Shown here: piece by piece, positions 37,291-50,672 of the stretch
Position numbering within the stretch: position 1 is the stretch's first letter
Layout: each line of letters opens with the position of its first letter
Assembly (NCBI RefSeq): GCF_004010195.1
Contig: NC_057753.1
Span: 15,191,470-15,246,931 of the forward strand
DNA from: Chiloscyllium plagiosum
Lineage: Eukaryota
Direction of reading: 5' to 3'
Length of the DNA: 55,462 bases
The notes under the pieces: model-generated
The model's database searches: none
Seen by the model: only the letters and a program-made list of their open reading frames with translations
What the model was told of the DNA's origin: nothing
Position numbers and translations under genes: made by a program

Positions 37291-37501
37291 GCTGACAGAT
37301 TTTGTGTCCAAATGTAAATAGGAGTTAAAAAAAAAGGCTGGAGCCTCAATTTTTTTCTTCCCTGTGACTCGACACTTTATTCTTTTTGCATTTTGTCTGG
37401 CTACTCAACTTTTGTATGTCTGGGTGCGGGAGTCCCAAACTTTAAGGTGAATGGGGAAAGAATGAAAAGGGACCTAAGGATCAGAAAACAAACTGTGTGA
37501 A

Positions 37502-37690
37502 AGTGATGATTCGGAGATGCCGGTGTTGGACTGGGGTGTACAAAGTTAAAAATCACACAACACCAGGTTGTAGTCCAACAGGTTTAATTGGAAGCACACT
37601 AGCTTTCGGAACCACAAGGAGCGTCGCTCCGAAAGCTAGTGTGCTTCCAATTGAACCTGTTGGACTATAACCTGGTGTTGTGTGATTTTT
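37502..37690. mobile_element. Young fold-back Penelope-like (family B) insertion with 11-bp TSD
   Basis: About 65-bp near-perfect inverted arms; aactgtgtgaa at 37491-37501 and 37691-37701. Confidence 0.8.
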
Positions 37691-37789
37691 AACTGTGTGA
37701 ACGTTAATTCACCTCAAGGAATGCCCTCTCTTACGCCCTGAACAAAATGCCTGTACTGTAGATTGTTCACAACCTATTAATCATGAGAA

Positions 37790-38460
37790 GAAAGGATGTT
37801 GTGAAACTTGAAAAGATTCAGAAACAATTGATACGGATGTTGCCAGGGTTGGAGGGGTTGAGCTAGAGAGAGAGGCTGAATGGGCTGGAGCTGCTTTCCT
37901 TGGAACATCGGATGCTGAGGGTTTATAAAACCTTATAGAGGTTTATAAAATCATGAGGGATGTGGAGAGGGCAAATACACAAGATCTTTTCCTTCGTGTG
38001 GGGAAGTCCAGAACTACAGGACATTAGTTTAGGTCGAGAGAGGAAAGATATAAAAGAGAGCTTAGGAACAATTTTTTCACACAGACGGTGTGTGTATGCA
38101 ATGAGACTGCCGAAGGAAGTGATGGAGGCAGGTACAATTACAACATTTAGATTTAGATTAGATTACAGTGTGGAAACAGGCCCTTCGGCCCAACAAGTCC
38201 ACACCGACCCGCCGAAGCGAAACCCACCCATACCCCTACATTTACCCCTTATCTAACACTACGGGCAATTTAGTATGGCCAATTCACCTGACCCTGCACA
38301 TCTTTGGACTGTGGGAGGAAACCATAAATGCCGTCTGGATGGGTATTTGAATGGGAAGGGTTGAGAGAGATAGGCAAATAGGTCACGAGATTAATTTAGG
38401 ATATCTAGTCAGCACAGACTGAAGGGTTTTTTTCAATGCTGTATAACTCTATGGCTCTAT
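37790..38460 (+). mobile_element. CR1 3' region with an inserted partial HE1 SINE (38146-38323, - strand)
   Basis: ggatgttgccagggttggag...gtttataaaatcatgagg; SINE tail (agatt)n. Confidence 0.8.
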
Positions 38461-38984
38461 TTGTATATACACAGAAACCAATTTCACAAGACTAGGAATA
38501 GGCCATTCACCCTTTATAGCCTGTCATGAACTGTGGACTAACTGCACATATTTGAATGCAAAATTTCAGAAAGATGTCTGCAGCTTTTTTATAAAATTGA
38601 ACATGCTTTCATGATGATTCTGAATATATCATTTTAGCTCAATTTTAAAGATTGCCATGTCTCATGCTTCCCTGTCTCCCAGCTAGAGTCATCACCATTC
38701 ATTTTCTCTCTCTCCCTCCTTATACAGTGATCAAAGAGCGGGGCGGGGAGAAGAGAAGGGAGACAAAATGGACAGGGGGGAACAGAGGGTTAGGGAGAAG
38801 AGAAAGGCTGGGGGCAGAAGTGGGGGTGAAGAGAATGGGGTCAGAGAGAGAGAGAATGGACGGGGACGGGGGCAAATCGAAAGGCAAATTCCACTTTCCC
38901 AGGACTGATGTCAGTGTCCCACAAATTGGAACCCACTCCTCCCACAGTCGTCATTTCTCAGTATACATGTGGCTAAGGCAGTAG

Positions 38985-39300
38985 AATCATATAATCCCTC
39001 CATGCCTCTCGGCCCATCAAATTCACACCGACCTTCCAAACAGCATCCCACGCACTAGCCCTACAGCCCCGCAGTTCCCCATGGCTAACCCAACCTAACC
39101 TGCACATTCCTGGACACTTTACCAAGGCCAATTCACCCTAAACTGCAGATCTTTAGATTGTGGGAGGAAACTGGAGCACCTGGAGGTAACCCACGCAGAC
39201 ACAAGTGGGAGAACAAGCCAAAGTCAACGCAGACAGTCACCCGAAGCTGGAATCAAATCCAGGTCCCTGGTGCTGTGAAGCAGCAGTGCTAACCACCATG
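38985..39300 (-). mobile_element. Older HE1-type SINE
   Basis: tgtgggaggaaactggagcacc...gcagcagtgctaaccac. Confidence 0.8.
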
Positions 39301-39644
39301 CTAGAATTTTGAGGTTTTGCTTTGACTTTGTAGCTTCTAACTTCTCATGCACCCTCAGCAGAGGCTCTCTCCTCCTGACATTGTTGGACCACACGCACTG
39401 CAACCTCCCTACCTCACGTCCCCAGCCCTGAGCACATGGGTTCCTGAATCTTGGCGTCAGACAGACACCGATGGCCTCCTGTTGCCAACTACAGAGAATA
39501 AAGACAATCCCTGTCACTATTCTGTCCCTTACTGTCACCATCTCCCCCTCCCCAAAGTTATTCTTACTCCCACCACCCAGCCAGTTAGCTCCTACCCCCT
39601 GCAGCTCTCTCTCATTTTCATTTTCTCAATAAGCTGCTGATCCA

Positions 39645-42605
39645 CGGGCTGCCAGAGGAAGTGGTGAAGGCTAGTACAATTGCAACATATAAAAGGCATC
39701 TGGACGGGTATGTGAATAGGAAAGGGTTTGGAGGGATATGGACCGGGCGCTGGGGGGTTGGGACAAGGTTGTGTTGAGATATCCGGTCAGCATGGACAAG
39801 TTGAACCGAAGGGTCTGTTTCCATGCTGTACATCTCTATGACTATGACTCTATGTGAAAATAAAATGTCAAGGCTGCTTGAGAAAAGAAAGCCAGTAAAG
39901 ATCGTGCTGTCCTATCAAATAAAAAAAAAGGCAAGCACAGGACGTAATTGCAAAGGAGCTTTTACAACAGCCAACATCAGATTGACACCATATGAAGCAA
40001 CATCTGTCTACATTTTATATCAGTGTGCCAATCCCTTAAATGCTGCTCAGTTCCATGAGAAACTGCCCCTTTAATGGTGTACATGAGGAAAGAAGCAATC
40101 CATTTCCAGGGTGCAAATTGTATTCAAATAAATGTGTCAAATTAAGGGGAAAAAAAATGAAAATACTTTAAGAGGGTATCTGAACCGCTTTGCAGAGTCT
40201 GCTCTCACACAGTGTTTTCTCTCTCTCTCTCTCAGGATTACGAACGGAAAGATGGAGACATTGCTTTGCTCCCAGATGCTGTCCAGAGGGAGGGAGTTTC
40301 ACTCTGAAACTGACAGGGCTACTTGTGTCTGTGACATCCACAATGGCAGGGGGTGCAGTGGGCCCGCGCTGCACCTGCGCTGCCCTGCAGCTGAGGCATG
40401 TGGGAAGGGAAGGACACTTTGCAACCTCCTTTCGCTCTCCTCCAAGTCACGGTTTGAGTTCAAGCCAAGCACGGGGTTTCATTTCATCTTCGCACTCACA
40501 GAAAACCTCATCCTCTATGGGGCTGTCCAAAACCTGAGGGCATAGGTTTAGGGTGAGGGAGAAAGATTTAAGCCATCAGAGCAACTTTTTCCTCACAGAG
40601 GGTGATGCGTTTATGGAATGAGCTGCCAGAGGAAGTGGCTGGTACATTTACATTTAAAAGGCACCTGGATGGATGTGTGAATAGGAAGGGTTTGGAGGGA
40701 TATGGGCCAAATGCTGGCAAGTGGAATAGAATGGAATATCTTGTCAGTGTGGATGTGTTGCATCAAAAAGTCTATTTCTGTGTTGTGTATCTCTATGTCT
40801 ATTTGAAAACAGATGTTTTATCTTTGTTGATGTAAATGTTTTTAACTGATAGCTGGATAGGGGAGAGAGAATTCCTCAGGTAGGAATCCTGGGAGATGCC
40901 TACTTCTGACTTACTTCCTAAACTTTAAGCACGTGCACCAATTGTGCATTTATTTCTAATTTTGTTTCAGTTTCCTTGTTTAATTCGCTATTATGATGAC
41001 ACTCTGTGTCTGGATGTTTGACACGCTGGGAGATTGTGGGTTGGGCCTTGAATGACTGCATGTTTTATTGTTCCGGAAAGTGTAAAAAGGGGATCAAAGC
41101 TTCAGCAGAAATCCAACAAAGCTGAGAACAGATGACATCTAAGTCTGTGGGAATGGTGGGATCAACGGAGGACAGATGAAACAATGCAATACCTGCAGTA
41201 CTGAAAACCGTCAGGCTTCTAACGATACCATTTTCTGATTCACCGCTCCTTCTGATGCACAGCGTTGGAAATACAATGTTGGTGGCTGAAAGAAATGAGC
41301 AGTTTAAAACAAACCCACTTAACACTTCACTGGGCTCCTTGCTCAGCGCACTTTACTTACTGCTGGTAAACCTTAAAGCACTTCATCCCCGCAGTGCAAT
41401 GAATTCCCACTTTCAATCAAAATCACGGATGTACTCACTCACTGTCTCACAAATGCAAGATTTCATTGTAACTTCTTCTGCTCCCAGTCAGGGCAAAACA
41501 TCTTTGAAAGCTGCTCTGAAAATCCAGTCTTCACAACGACCCTTCTGCTTTCACCGAAGACTATTACACTCATACAGCATGGAAACAAATCCTTTGGTCC
41601 AACCCGTCTGTGCCGAATCTAGTCCCATTTGGCCCATAACTCTCTGAACCCTTCCTATTCATATATCCATCAGACGCCTGCCTCCACCATTTTACCTGGC
41701 AGCTCATTCCTTACACGCACCACCATCTTTGTCAAAAGTTACCCCTCAGGTCCCTTTTAGATCTTCACCCTCTCAACTCAAACCTATGCACTGTCTAGTT
41801 TTGGACTCCCCTACCCTGGGGAAAAGATCTTGGCTATTCTTCTTATTCATGCCCCTTATAAACTTGTATAAGATCATTCCTCAATGCTCCAGGGAAAATA
41901 TCCCTGGCCTACTCAGCCTTTCACTAAAGCTCAAACTCTCCAACTCTGGCAACAGCCTCGTAAATCTTTCCTTGAACCCTTTTGGGTTTCGCAACATTTT
42001 TCCTATAGCAGGGAGACCAGAACTGAATGCAATATTCCAAAAGAGGACTCCCCATTGGTCCATCAAAAGAAGTTCGCAGGCATTTTCAGGGACAGTGTGT
42101 AGCATGCGCAGTATTTTGCTGACATCGCCGAACATGTGCAGTTCTTTGCTGACACCGAGAAGCATGCACAGTATGCTCTGTGGAGACAATGGTGTGACTG
42201 ACAGATTTCAAAAGTCCAAATGCCAATGGGGAATTAAAATGAAAAGGTCAGAATCAGAATTTTGTTTTTTTCCTTTCGCACTTTGTCTGGCTGCTCAGCT
42301 TCGAATGACTTTTCCCCAGGGTAGAGGAAGTACAAAACTCGTGGGTATAGTTTTAAGGTGGGGGGGGGGGGAAGATATGAAATGGACCTCATGGGTAACT
42401 TTTTCCACACAGAGGGTGGTGTGTATGGAATGAGCTGATAGGGGAAGTGGTAGAGGCTGGTACAATGGCAACATTTAAAAGGTATCTAGATGGATATATG
42501 AAAAGGATATGGGCCAAATGCTGGCAAATAGTCATTCGATTAAATTAGGATATCCGATCAGCATAGATTGACGGGTTTGTTCTGTGCCCTACAACTCTAT
42601 GACTA
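39645..42605. mobile_element. Several CR1 3' tail fragments: 39645-39855 (+), 40535-40800 (+), 41570-42045 (-), 42310-42605 (+)
   Basis: Shared tggaatgagctg...catttaaaaggca.ctgga blocks; intervening sequence is not CR1. Confidence 0.7.
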
Positions 42606-43557
42606 TTTCTACATAGTTAGAAACAATTTCACAAGATGAGGAATAGGCCATTCATCCCTTACAGATGCCCTCAAATGTGACCCTAAATGCACATATTTGA
42701 ATGCAAGTTTCAGAAAGCTGGCTGCAGCTTTATATAATAAAAAAACATGTTTTCAGACTATAATGTTTCTGAATATATCATTAGGGTTATTCTCAATTTT
42801 ACAGATCAGCCATTTCTCACATTGCCCATCTCCCAGGTACAGTCTTCATCATCCATTCATTCTCTCTCTTCTTAGAAGGGCTTGACACAGCTGCAACCTC
42901 CCTTTCCAGCTTCTCCAGCCCTGAGCACACCAGATCCCCAGTCTTGGCGCCAGACTGATGCCATCTGGCCTCCTGCTGCCAACTGCAGAGAACAGACAAT
43001 CCCTGTCACTATTCTGTCCCTTACCACCACCACATCCACCTCCCTGAAGTTGCTCTTCCTCCCACCTAGCCAGTTAGCTCCTCCCCGCTGCAGCTCTCTC
43101 TGAGATCCCCTTTACCTGCCTGACCCACACACCCACCCTCCTGACCCTGTCCATCGATCCAATCAGAAGGCTGTGTCCGGAGGGGAATGACCGCCTCCCA
43201 GAATAAAATGTCTGGTTAACTTTCCCCCTTGACTGCCACGGCGAAAGAGTCAACCAGACTGCTATGGGTCTGGAATCACAGGTAGACCAGACTGGGTAAA
43301 GGATGTAGCTGGGACAACTGAGTGAATTATTTTCCACAACAGCAGTTTCCTTCCCCAAAAACGACGAGTGAATCAGATGGGTTTTTTTCCCCAGAAAATG
43401 TTTTTAATATTAGATTATGAACTCCAGATTTCTGACCGAATTCCACTTCTGCCATCTGTCATGGCAGGATTTGAACCCAGGAGTCCCCAGAACTGGGTTG
43501 ATAGTCCAGTCGATAATGGCAATAGGCCATTGCTCCTTCAATCCCCCTGCAATGGCA

Positions 43558-44203
43558 TGTGAACTCTCTGGTGCCCCTGCAGGTGGGAGCAGCAGGTGAA
43601 GCCCTTCCCGCACTGAGATCAGGTGAATGGCCTCTCCCTGGTGTGGACCCGCTTGTGGGTCAGCGGTTTAGCCGACCAAGTGAACCCCTTCCTGCACTCG
43701 GGGCACCCGAAGGTCCTCTCCCCATGTGGACCTGGTCATGCTTCCGCAAGTTGCCCACCTGACTGAACCCCTTCCCGCACACAGAGCAGATGAACGGTCT
43801 CTCCCTGGTGTGGACCCACTTGTGGATCAGCAGTGCAGCTGCCTGAGTGAATTCCCCCCAGCACACGGGGCACATAAACGGCATCTCTCCTGTGTGGACC
43901 CACTGGTGCCTCTGCAAGTTCCCCACCTGACTGAATCCCTGCCCGCACACTGAGCAGGTGAACAGTCTCTCCCCAGTGTGGACTCGCTGGTGGATCAGCA
44001 GGCCAGTAGCATTCACAAACCCCTTCCCGCACACGGGGCACCTGTACGGCCTCTCTCTGGTGTGGACCCGCTCATGATTTCGCAAGTTACTCACACGGCA
44101 GAAGGCCTTTCCACACTCGGGACAGGAGAATGCCCCCCCCCCCCCCCCGGTGTGGACTTGCTTGTGCGTCCATAGGTCGCCCTTCCCGCACTGAGAGCAG
44201 GTA
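43558..44203 (-). pseudogene. C2H2 zinc-finger gene (partial, runs into the gap; frameshift and stop near the 3' end)
   Basis: Five consecutive CxxC...HxxxH fingers with TGERPF-type linkers, then a frameshift near 43710. Confidence 0.85.
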
Positions 44204-44703
44204 NNNNNNNNNNNNNNNNNNNNNNNNNNNNNNNNNNNNNNNNNNNNNNNNNNNNNNNNNNNNNNNNNNNNNNNNNNNNNNNNNNNNNNNNNNNNNNNNN
44301 NNNNNNNNNNNNNNNNNNNNNNNNNNNNNNNNNNNNNNNNNNNNNNNNNNNNNNNNNNNNNNNNNNNNNNNNNNNNNNNNNNNNNNNNNNNNNNNNNNNN
44401 NNNNNNNNNNNNNNNNNNNNNNNNNNNNNNNNNNNNNNNNNNNNNNNNNNNNNNNNNNNNNNNNNNNNNNNNNNNNNNNNNNNNNNNNNNNNNNNNNNNN
44501 NNNNNNNNNNNNNNNNNNNNNNNNNNNNNNNNNNNNNNNNNNNNNNNNNNNNNNNNNNNNNNNNNNNNNNNNNNNNNNNNNNNNNNNNNNNNNNNNNNNN
44601 NNNNNNNNNNNNNNNNNNNNNNNNNNNNNNNNNNNNNNNNNNNNNNNNNNNNNNNNNNNNNNNNNNNNNNNNNNNNNNNNNNNNNNNNNNNNNNNNNNNN
44701 NNN

Positions 44704-45294
44704 GTTCGGTATCTCCTGGGAGTTCCAGTCCCCTTGGCATCCATCTTCATCAGGAAAGGTTGAGAGAATGAACCAGACACTCAAGAAGCAGTTATCTAAA
44801 TTAGTAGTAGAAACCAGACTCCCTTGGACTAAGTGTTTACCGATAGCCCTTTTGCGAGTGCGTACAGCCCCAAGGAAAGATAGGGGGCTGTCCCCTTATG
44901 AGATATTGTTTGGTTTGCCCTATCTGGGAACGAAAGGGGAACTGCCAACCCTGGAGATTAAAGATCTGTTCTTAAAGAAGTATATACTGGGCTTGTCCTC
45001 CTGTTTGTCTTTCCTCAGGAAGCAGAGTTTGTTGGCACAGACTCCACCCCTTGAATTCACCGTCCATCTGATCCGACCGGGAGATTGGGTCCTAGTCAAA
45101 TCATGGACTTGAGACCAAATTGCAACCAGACTGGGAGGGGCCGTACCAGGCACTCCTAACTACTGAAACAGCAGAGAAAGGCTGGACTCACTACACTCCG
45201 ATTAAAGGGCCATTGGAATCTCCAGTTGAGAGAGAAGTCTGGACAACCGAATCGACAAAAGAACCACTTAAACATAAGCTCAAAAGACTTTAAA
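44704..45294 (+). mobile_element. Class I endogenous retrovirus pol, integrase C-terminal part (decayed)
   Basis: PWHPSSSGKVERMNQTLKKQLSKL...LPW..CLPIALLRVRTAP..GLSPYEILFG and WEGPYQ (GPY/F) at 45132. Confidence 0.9.
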
Positions 45295-45382
45295 TAACTG
45301 ATTATACAGTGGCGGCGCGAGCGCGGGATAGTTTCTGTAGTATTGTATGCTAAATCTCTCGGTGCTTCAGTACCACTGTAGA

Positions 45383-46156
45383 ATGGGGGGAATGTTCAGG
45401 TACACTATATTTGCTCTTCTAGCCCTAGGATTCTGTCAGGCCTGATGTGGTCGTCTTACTTAGTGATAACGGTTCCAGAGAGTACAAGTCCACAAGTCAT
45501 AGAAACAGATGCCTGCAGCCTAATGGATTGCAGAGATGTAAGAAATCAGAGGCAATGCAGTAACTCAGAAATACATCTTAGGTTCTATGAAAAAGGTCCC
45601 GAAAGGGGGGACATGGGATAAGACCAACGGGAAGAAAGTGTCCTGGAGACAGAAGTGTAAGGGGATATCTTTGGGACAAAAAATGCAAAGAATGGCGGCG
45701 GCAGGAAGACCGTGAAGGTGATCTCTTGATTAATCCACTCGTTACATTACACCGAGGCTCCTTCCGGCCAGCTCTTGACTGTCCCGATAAAAAGTGTAAC
45801 CCGATATATTTAACAATAAAGAAAACCTCATGGTATGAAGTGGTTTTAGGGAGAGAAACCTATCCGGTCCAATTAAACCAAATATTTGGCATAGAGATGA
45901 AAGCAAACGGGAAGGATTTCCTGTTTTAAAGTACAGTGAAAGACAGAACCCGAGTAGGGGAAAGGAAGAGTAGAGCCCCTTACTCTGATCCTAAAGTGAT
46001 AAAAATTGAAGAGGTAAAGGACTTAAAGCAGACCTTTGAAGTAGAAACAGGATATGGGGATACAAATGCCTGGGTTGAATGGGTAAAGTACACGGTGAAA
46101 AGTTTGAATAAAGGCAATTGTTATGCATGTGCCTCTGGGAAACCGATGGTTCAAGT
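45383..46156 (+). pseudogene. ERV env SU remnant (HERV-I/ERV3-like)
   Basis: Signal-like MGGMFRYTIFALLALGFCQA*, CPDKKCNPIYLTI, and EVKDLKQTFEVETGYGDTNAWVEWVKYTVKSLNKGNCYACASGKP (CxxC). Confidence 0.75.
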
Positions 46157-46354
46157 AGATTAGATTACATTACATTAGATTACATTACAGTGTGGAAACA
46201 GGCCCTTCGGCCCAACAAGTCCACACCGACCTGCCGAAGTGCAACCCACCCATACCCCTACATTTACCCCTTACCTAACACTACGGGCAATTTAGTATGG
46301 CCAATTCACCTGACATGCACATCTTTGGACTGTGGGAGGAAACCGGAGCACCCG
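46157..46354 (-). mobile_element. Young HE1-type SINE inserted in env, truncated by the gap
   Basis: (agatt/acatt)n tail followed by the SINE body. Confidence 0.9.
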
Positions 46355-46899
46355 NNNNNNNNNNNNNNNNNNNNNNNNNNNNNNNNNNNNNNNNNNNNNN
46401 NNNNNNNNNNNNNNNNNNNNNNNNNNNNNNNNNNNNNNNNNNNNNNNNNNNNNNNNNNNNNNNNNNNNNNNNNNNNNNNNNNNNNNNNNNNNNNNNNNNN
46501 NNNNNNNNNNNNNNNNNNNNNNNNNNNNNNNNNNNNNNNNNNNNNNNNNNNNNNNNNNNNNNNNNNNNNNNNNNNNNNNNNNNNNNNNNNNNNNNNNNNN
46601 NNNNNNNNNNNNNNNNNNNNNNNNNNNNNNNNNNNNNNNNNNNNNNNNNNNNNNNNNNNNNNNNNNNNNNNNNNNNNNNNNNNNNNNNNNNNNNNNNNNN
46701 NNNNNNNNNNNNNNNNNNNNNNNNNNNNNNNNNNNNNNNNNNNNNNNNNNNNNNNNNNNNNNNNNNNNNNNNNNNNNNNNNNNNNNNNNNNNNNNNNNNN
46801 NNNNNNNNNNNNNNNNNNNNNNNNNNNNNNNNNNNNNNNNNNNNNNNNNNNNNNNNNNNNNNNNNNNNNNNNNNNNNNNNNNNNNNNNNNNNNNNNNNG

Positions 46900-47166
46900 G
46901 TAAGAGGCCAGCACGGGGTGTCCAGGTGGATGGGGTGTGTTGGAGGTGGGAGAAGGGGTCGTCAGAGGGTGGGCGAGAGTCTTGGTTGAAGAAGTAGACG
47001 CGGATGTGAAGGCGGCGGAAGAATTGTTCGATGTCACGCTGCGTGTTGAACTCGTTAATCCGAGAGCGTAGGGGAATGAAGATGAGGCCTCTGCTGAGGA
47101 CTGATCTTTCATCCTCAGAGAGGGGTAGTTCTGGAGGGATGGTGAAAACACGGCAGGGCTGGAATC
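46900..47166 (-). mobile_element. Penelope-like element ORF fragment (region N-terminal to the RT core)
   Basis: - strand reads PCRVFTIPPELPLSEDERSVLSRGLIFIPLRSRINEFNTQRDIEQFFRRLHIRVYFFNQDSRPPSDDPF, resembling the PLE LS.GL.F.P...F.RRL motif. Confidence 0.7.
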
Positions 47167-47584
47167 TAGGACCTTCTATTCATATACCCATCCAGATGCC
47201 TTTTAAATGTTGTAATTTTACCACCCTCCACCACTTCCTGTAACAGCTTATTCCATATAGGTACCACCCTCTGTATGAAAAACTTGACCGAGGTCCCTTT
47301 GAAATCTTTCTCCTCTCAACCTAAACCTATGCCCTCTAGTTCTGGACTCCCCCACCCAGGAAAAATACCTTGTTTGTTAATCCTTTCCATAACCGTCAAT
47401 TTTATAAACCTCTGTAAGGTCACCTTCCAAAGCCTCTGATGGTCCAGGAATACAGTCCCAGCCTATTCGGCCTCTCCGTCTAGCTCAAATACTCCAACTG
47501 TGCCAACATCCTTGTAAATCTTTTCTGACCCCTTTCACGTTTCACAACATCCTTCCAATAGGAAGGAGACCAGAATTGCATGCA

Positions 47585-48170
47585 TAGGATACACTTAAAG
47601 CAGTGTTACTTTTGCAACAATAATTGCTTATGCAAGGTAAATGAACTCACACCAGTGTATAATAGTTTTCATTCTTGGCTGAAACAATGTGAAGAAAATA
47701 CACAATTGCTGTTACATTAGCTAAAATGTGCATACAAGAATGAAATTGCCTGCAAACAATGGGAGATGTTACAGACAAACAGATAAGGTGCAAAGAACAT
47801 TGAGTTATGCCAACTTGGCATATTGCCCTCGTGATGGCACTGAAACGAGCCAAGTTAGTTATAAATAAGGGACAGAGTAAATAAGAGTGAGGGTCGCCCA
47901 GCTTGGAGTAGGGGGAGAAGTAAACAAGGGCGGAGCGCAGCTCGGCAGGGACAGAACACAATAAGGAATAGTGTTGGGTTTGAAGGCCAATGAGGTAAAC
48001 GGGAAAGTACCAAGAGAGACTCAATTAAACTGTATAAATTGTGGAGTAATGTTTGGATCGGGGTGCATACTTATTAGACACCCATCTTGCAAGAACGTTT
48101 CTATAAGATTTGCTGCTTCAGAATTTGACTCAGACTGAAATTTATTGTATTGTGAGCTTTGTTTCTCACA
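47585..48170 (+). mobile_element. 586-bp insertion with 6-bp TSD, probable solo LTR
   Basis: catgca at 47579-47584 and 48171-48176; uninterrupted site seen at 35881 (attgcatgcaatattcc); TATA-like ttataaat, attaaa at ~48024, ends ...tctcaca. Confidence 0.6.
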
Positions 48171-49532
48171 CATGCAATATTCCAACAGTGGCCGATCCAA
48201 TGTCCTGTACAGCTGCAACGTGACTTCCCAACTCCTGTACTCACTACTCTGACCAATGAAGGAAAGCATACCAAACACCTTCTTCACTATCCTATCCACC
48301 TGTGACTCTACTTTCAAGGAGCTACAAATCTGCATCTTTGTTCAGCAACACTCCCTAGGACCTTACCGTTAAGTGCATATGTTCTGCTCTGATTTGCTTT
48401 TCATAATGCAGCACCTCACATTTATCTAAATTAAACTCCATCGCCACTCCTCAGCTCATTGGCCTATCCAATCAAGATCCAATTGTGATCTCAGATAACC
48501 TTATTTGCTGTCCACTACACCTCCAATTTTGGTCTCATCTGCAAACTTACTAATTATACCTTCGATGTTCATATCCAAATCATTTATATAAATGTCAAAA
48601 TGTAGTGGAATCAGCACCAATCCTTGTGGCACTCCATTGGTCACAGGCCTCCAGTCTGAAAAGCAACCCTCCACCATCACCCTCTGTCTTCTACTTTCGA
48701 GCCAGTCTTCTACCTCCAAATGGCCAGTACTACCTGTATTCCTTGAGATCTAACCTTGCTAACTAGTCTCCCATGAGGAACCTTATCAAACACCTTTCTG
48801 AAGCCCATATAGATCATGTCTACTGCTCTGCCCTCATCAATCCTCTGTTATTTCTTCAAAAGACTCAATCAAGTTTGTGAGATATGATTTCCCACGCACA
48901 AAGCCATACTGACTATTCCTAATCAGTCCTTGCCTTTCCAAATACATGTACATCCTGTCTCTCAGGATTCCCCCCAACAACTTGCCCACCCAAGATGTCA
49001 GGCTCACTGGTTAATAGTTCCCTGGCTTTTCCTTACCACCTTTCTTAAATACTGGTACCATGTTAGCCAATGTCCAGTCTTTCAGCATCTCACCTGTGAC
49101 TATTGATGATATAAATATCTCAGCAAGGAGCCCAGCAATCACTTCCCTAGCTTTCCACAGAGGTCTAGGGTACACCTGATCGGGTCCTGGGGATTTATCC
49201 ATTTTTATATGTTTCAAGACATCCAGCACCACCTCTTCCTTTGTAATATGGATATTTTTCAAGATGTCACCATCTATTTCCCCATATTCTATATCTTTTC
49301 CATGTCCTTCTCCACAGTAAACACTGATGCAAAATACTCATTTAGTATCTCCCCCATCTCCTGTGGGTCCACACCTGGGCTGCCTTGCCAATCTTTGAGA
49401 GGTCCTATTCTCTCCCTCATTATCCTTTTGCCCTTAAATGTATTTATAAAAGCCCTTTCAATTCTCAAAGCTATCTCATGTCTTCTTTTTGTCCTCCTGA
49501 TTTCTCTCTTAAGTATACTCCGACTGCCTTTT

Positions 49533-49842
49533 TTTAGATTAGATTACATTACAGTGTGGAAAGAGGCTCTTCGGCCCAACAAGTCCACACCGCCCCGCCG
49601 AAGCGCAACCCACCCATACCCCTACATTTACCCCTTACTTAACACTACGGGCAATTTAGCATGGCCAATTCACCTAACCTGCACATCTTTGGACTGTGGG
49701 AGGAAACCGGAGCACCCGGAGAAAACCCACGCAGACACGGGGAGAACGTGCAAACTCCACACAGTCAGTCACCTGAGGCGGGAATTGAACCTGGGTCTCC
49801 GGCACTGAGGCAGCAGTGCTAACCACTGTGCCACCGTGCCGC
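49533..49842 (-). mobile_element. Full-length young HE1-type SINE nested in the CR1
   Basis: Reverse complement of the 14391-14702 type. Confidence 0.92.
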
Positions 49843-50672
49843 CTTTATACTGTCAGGATTCACTCGATCTTTCCTGTCGATACTGGTCATGTGCTTCCTG
49901 CTTTTTCTAAACCAAACCCTCAATTTCTCTAGTCAGCCAGCATTCCCTACATCTACCAGCTTTTCCTTTTACCCTAACAGGGATATACTGTCTCTGACTC
50001 TCGTTTTCTCATTTTTGAAAGCTTCCCATTTTCCAGCCATTCCTTTACCTACGAACATCAGCCGCCAATCAGCTTTTGAAAGATCTTGCCTAATACCATC
50101 AAAATTAGCCTCTCTCCAATTTAGAACTTCAACGTTTAGACCTGGTCTATCCTTTATCATCACTCTTTTAAAGCTCATAGAATTATGGTCGCTGGCCCTA
50201 AAGTGCTCCCCCACTGATACCTCAGTCACCTGCTGTCTTACTTCCCAAGAGTAGATCACGTTTTGCATCTTCACTAATAGGAACATCCACATACTGAATC
50301 AGAAAATTTTCTTGTACACACAAATTCCTCTCCATCTAAACCCTTAACACTATGGCAGTCCCAGTCCATGTTTGGAAAATTAACATCCTTGACCATATCC
50401 ACCCTATTATTCTTACAGATAACAGAGATCTCCTTACAAATCTGTTTCTCAATTTCCCACTGACTATTAGGGGGTCTATAATAAATCCCAATAAGGTGAT
50501 CATCCTTTTCTTATTTCTCAGTTCCACCCAAATAACCTTCCTGGATGTATTCCCAGGAATATCCTCCCTAAGTACAGCAGTAATATAACCCCTATTAAAA
50601 ACGCCATTCTCCCTCCTATTCTGCTCCCCTTTCTATCCTTCCTATAGCATGTGTGTCCTGGAACATTAAGCT

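Noticed and set aside
37502..37690. DNA-transposon MITE
   Set aside because: Arms are asymmetric, the TSD is 11 bp and the centre is a hammerhead remnant; better explained as a PLE fold-back.
8577..47151. ORFs containing long X runs
   Set aside because: Artefacts of reading through N gaps, including the apparent fusion of the ZNF ORF with ERV-side sequence.
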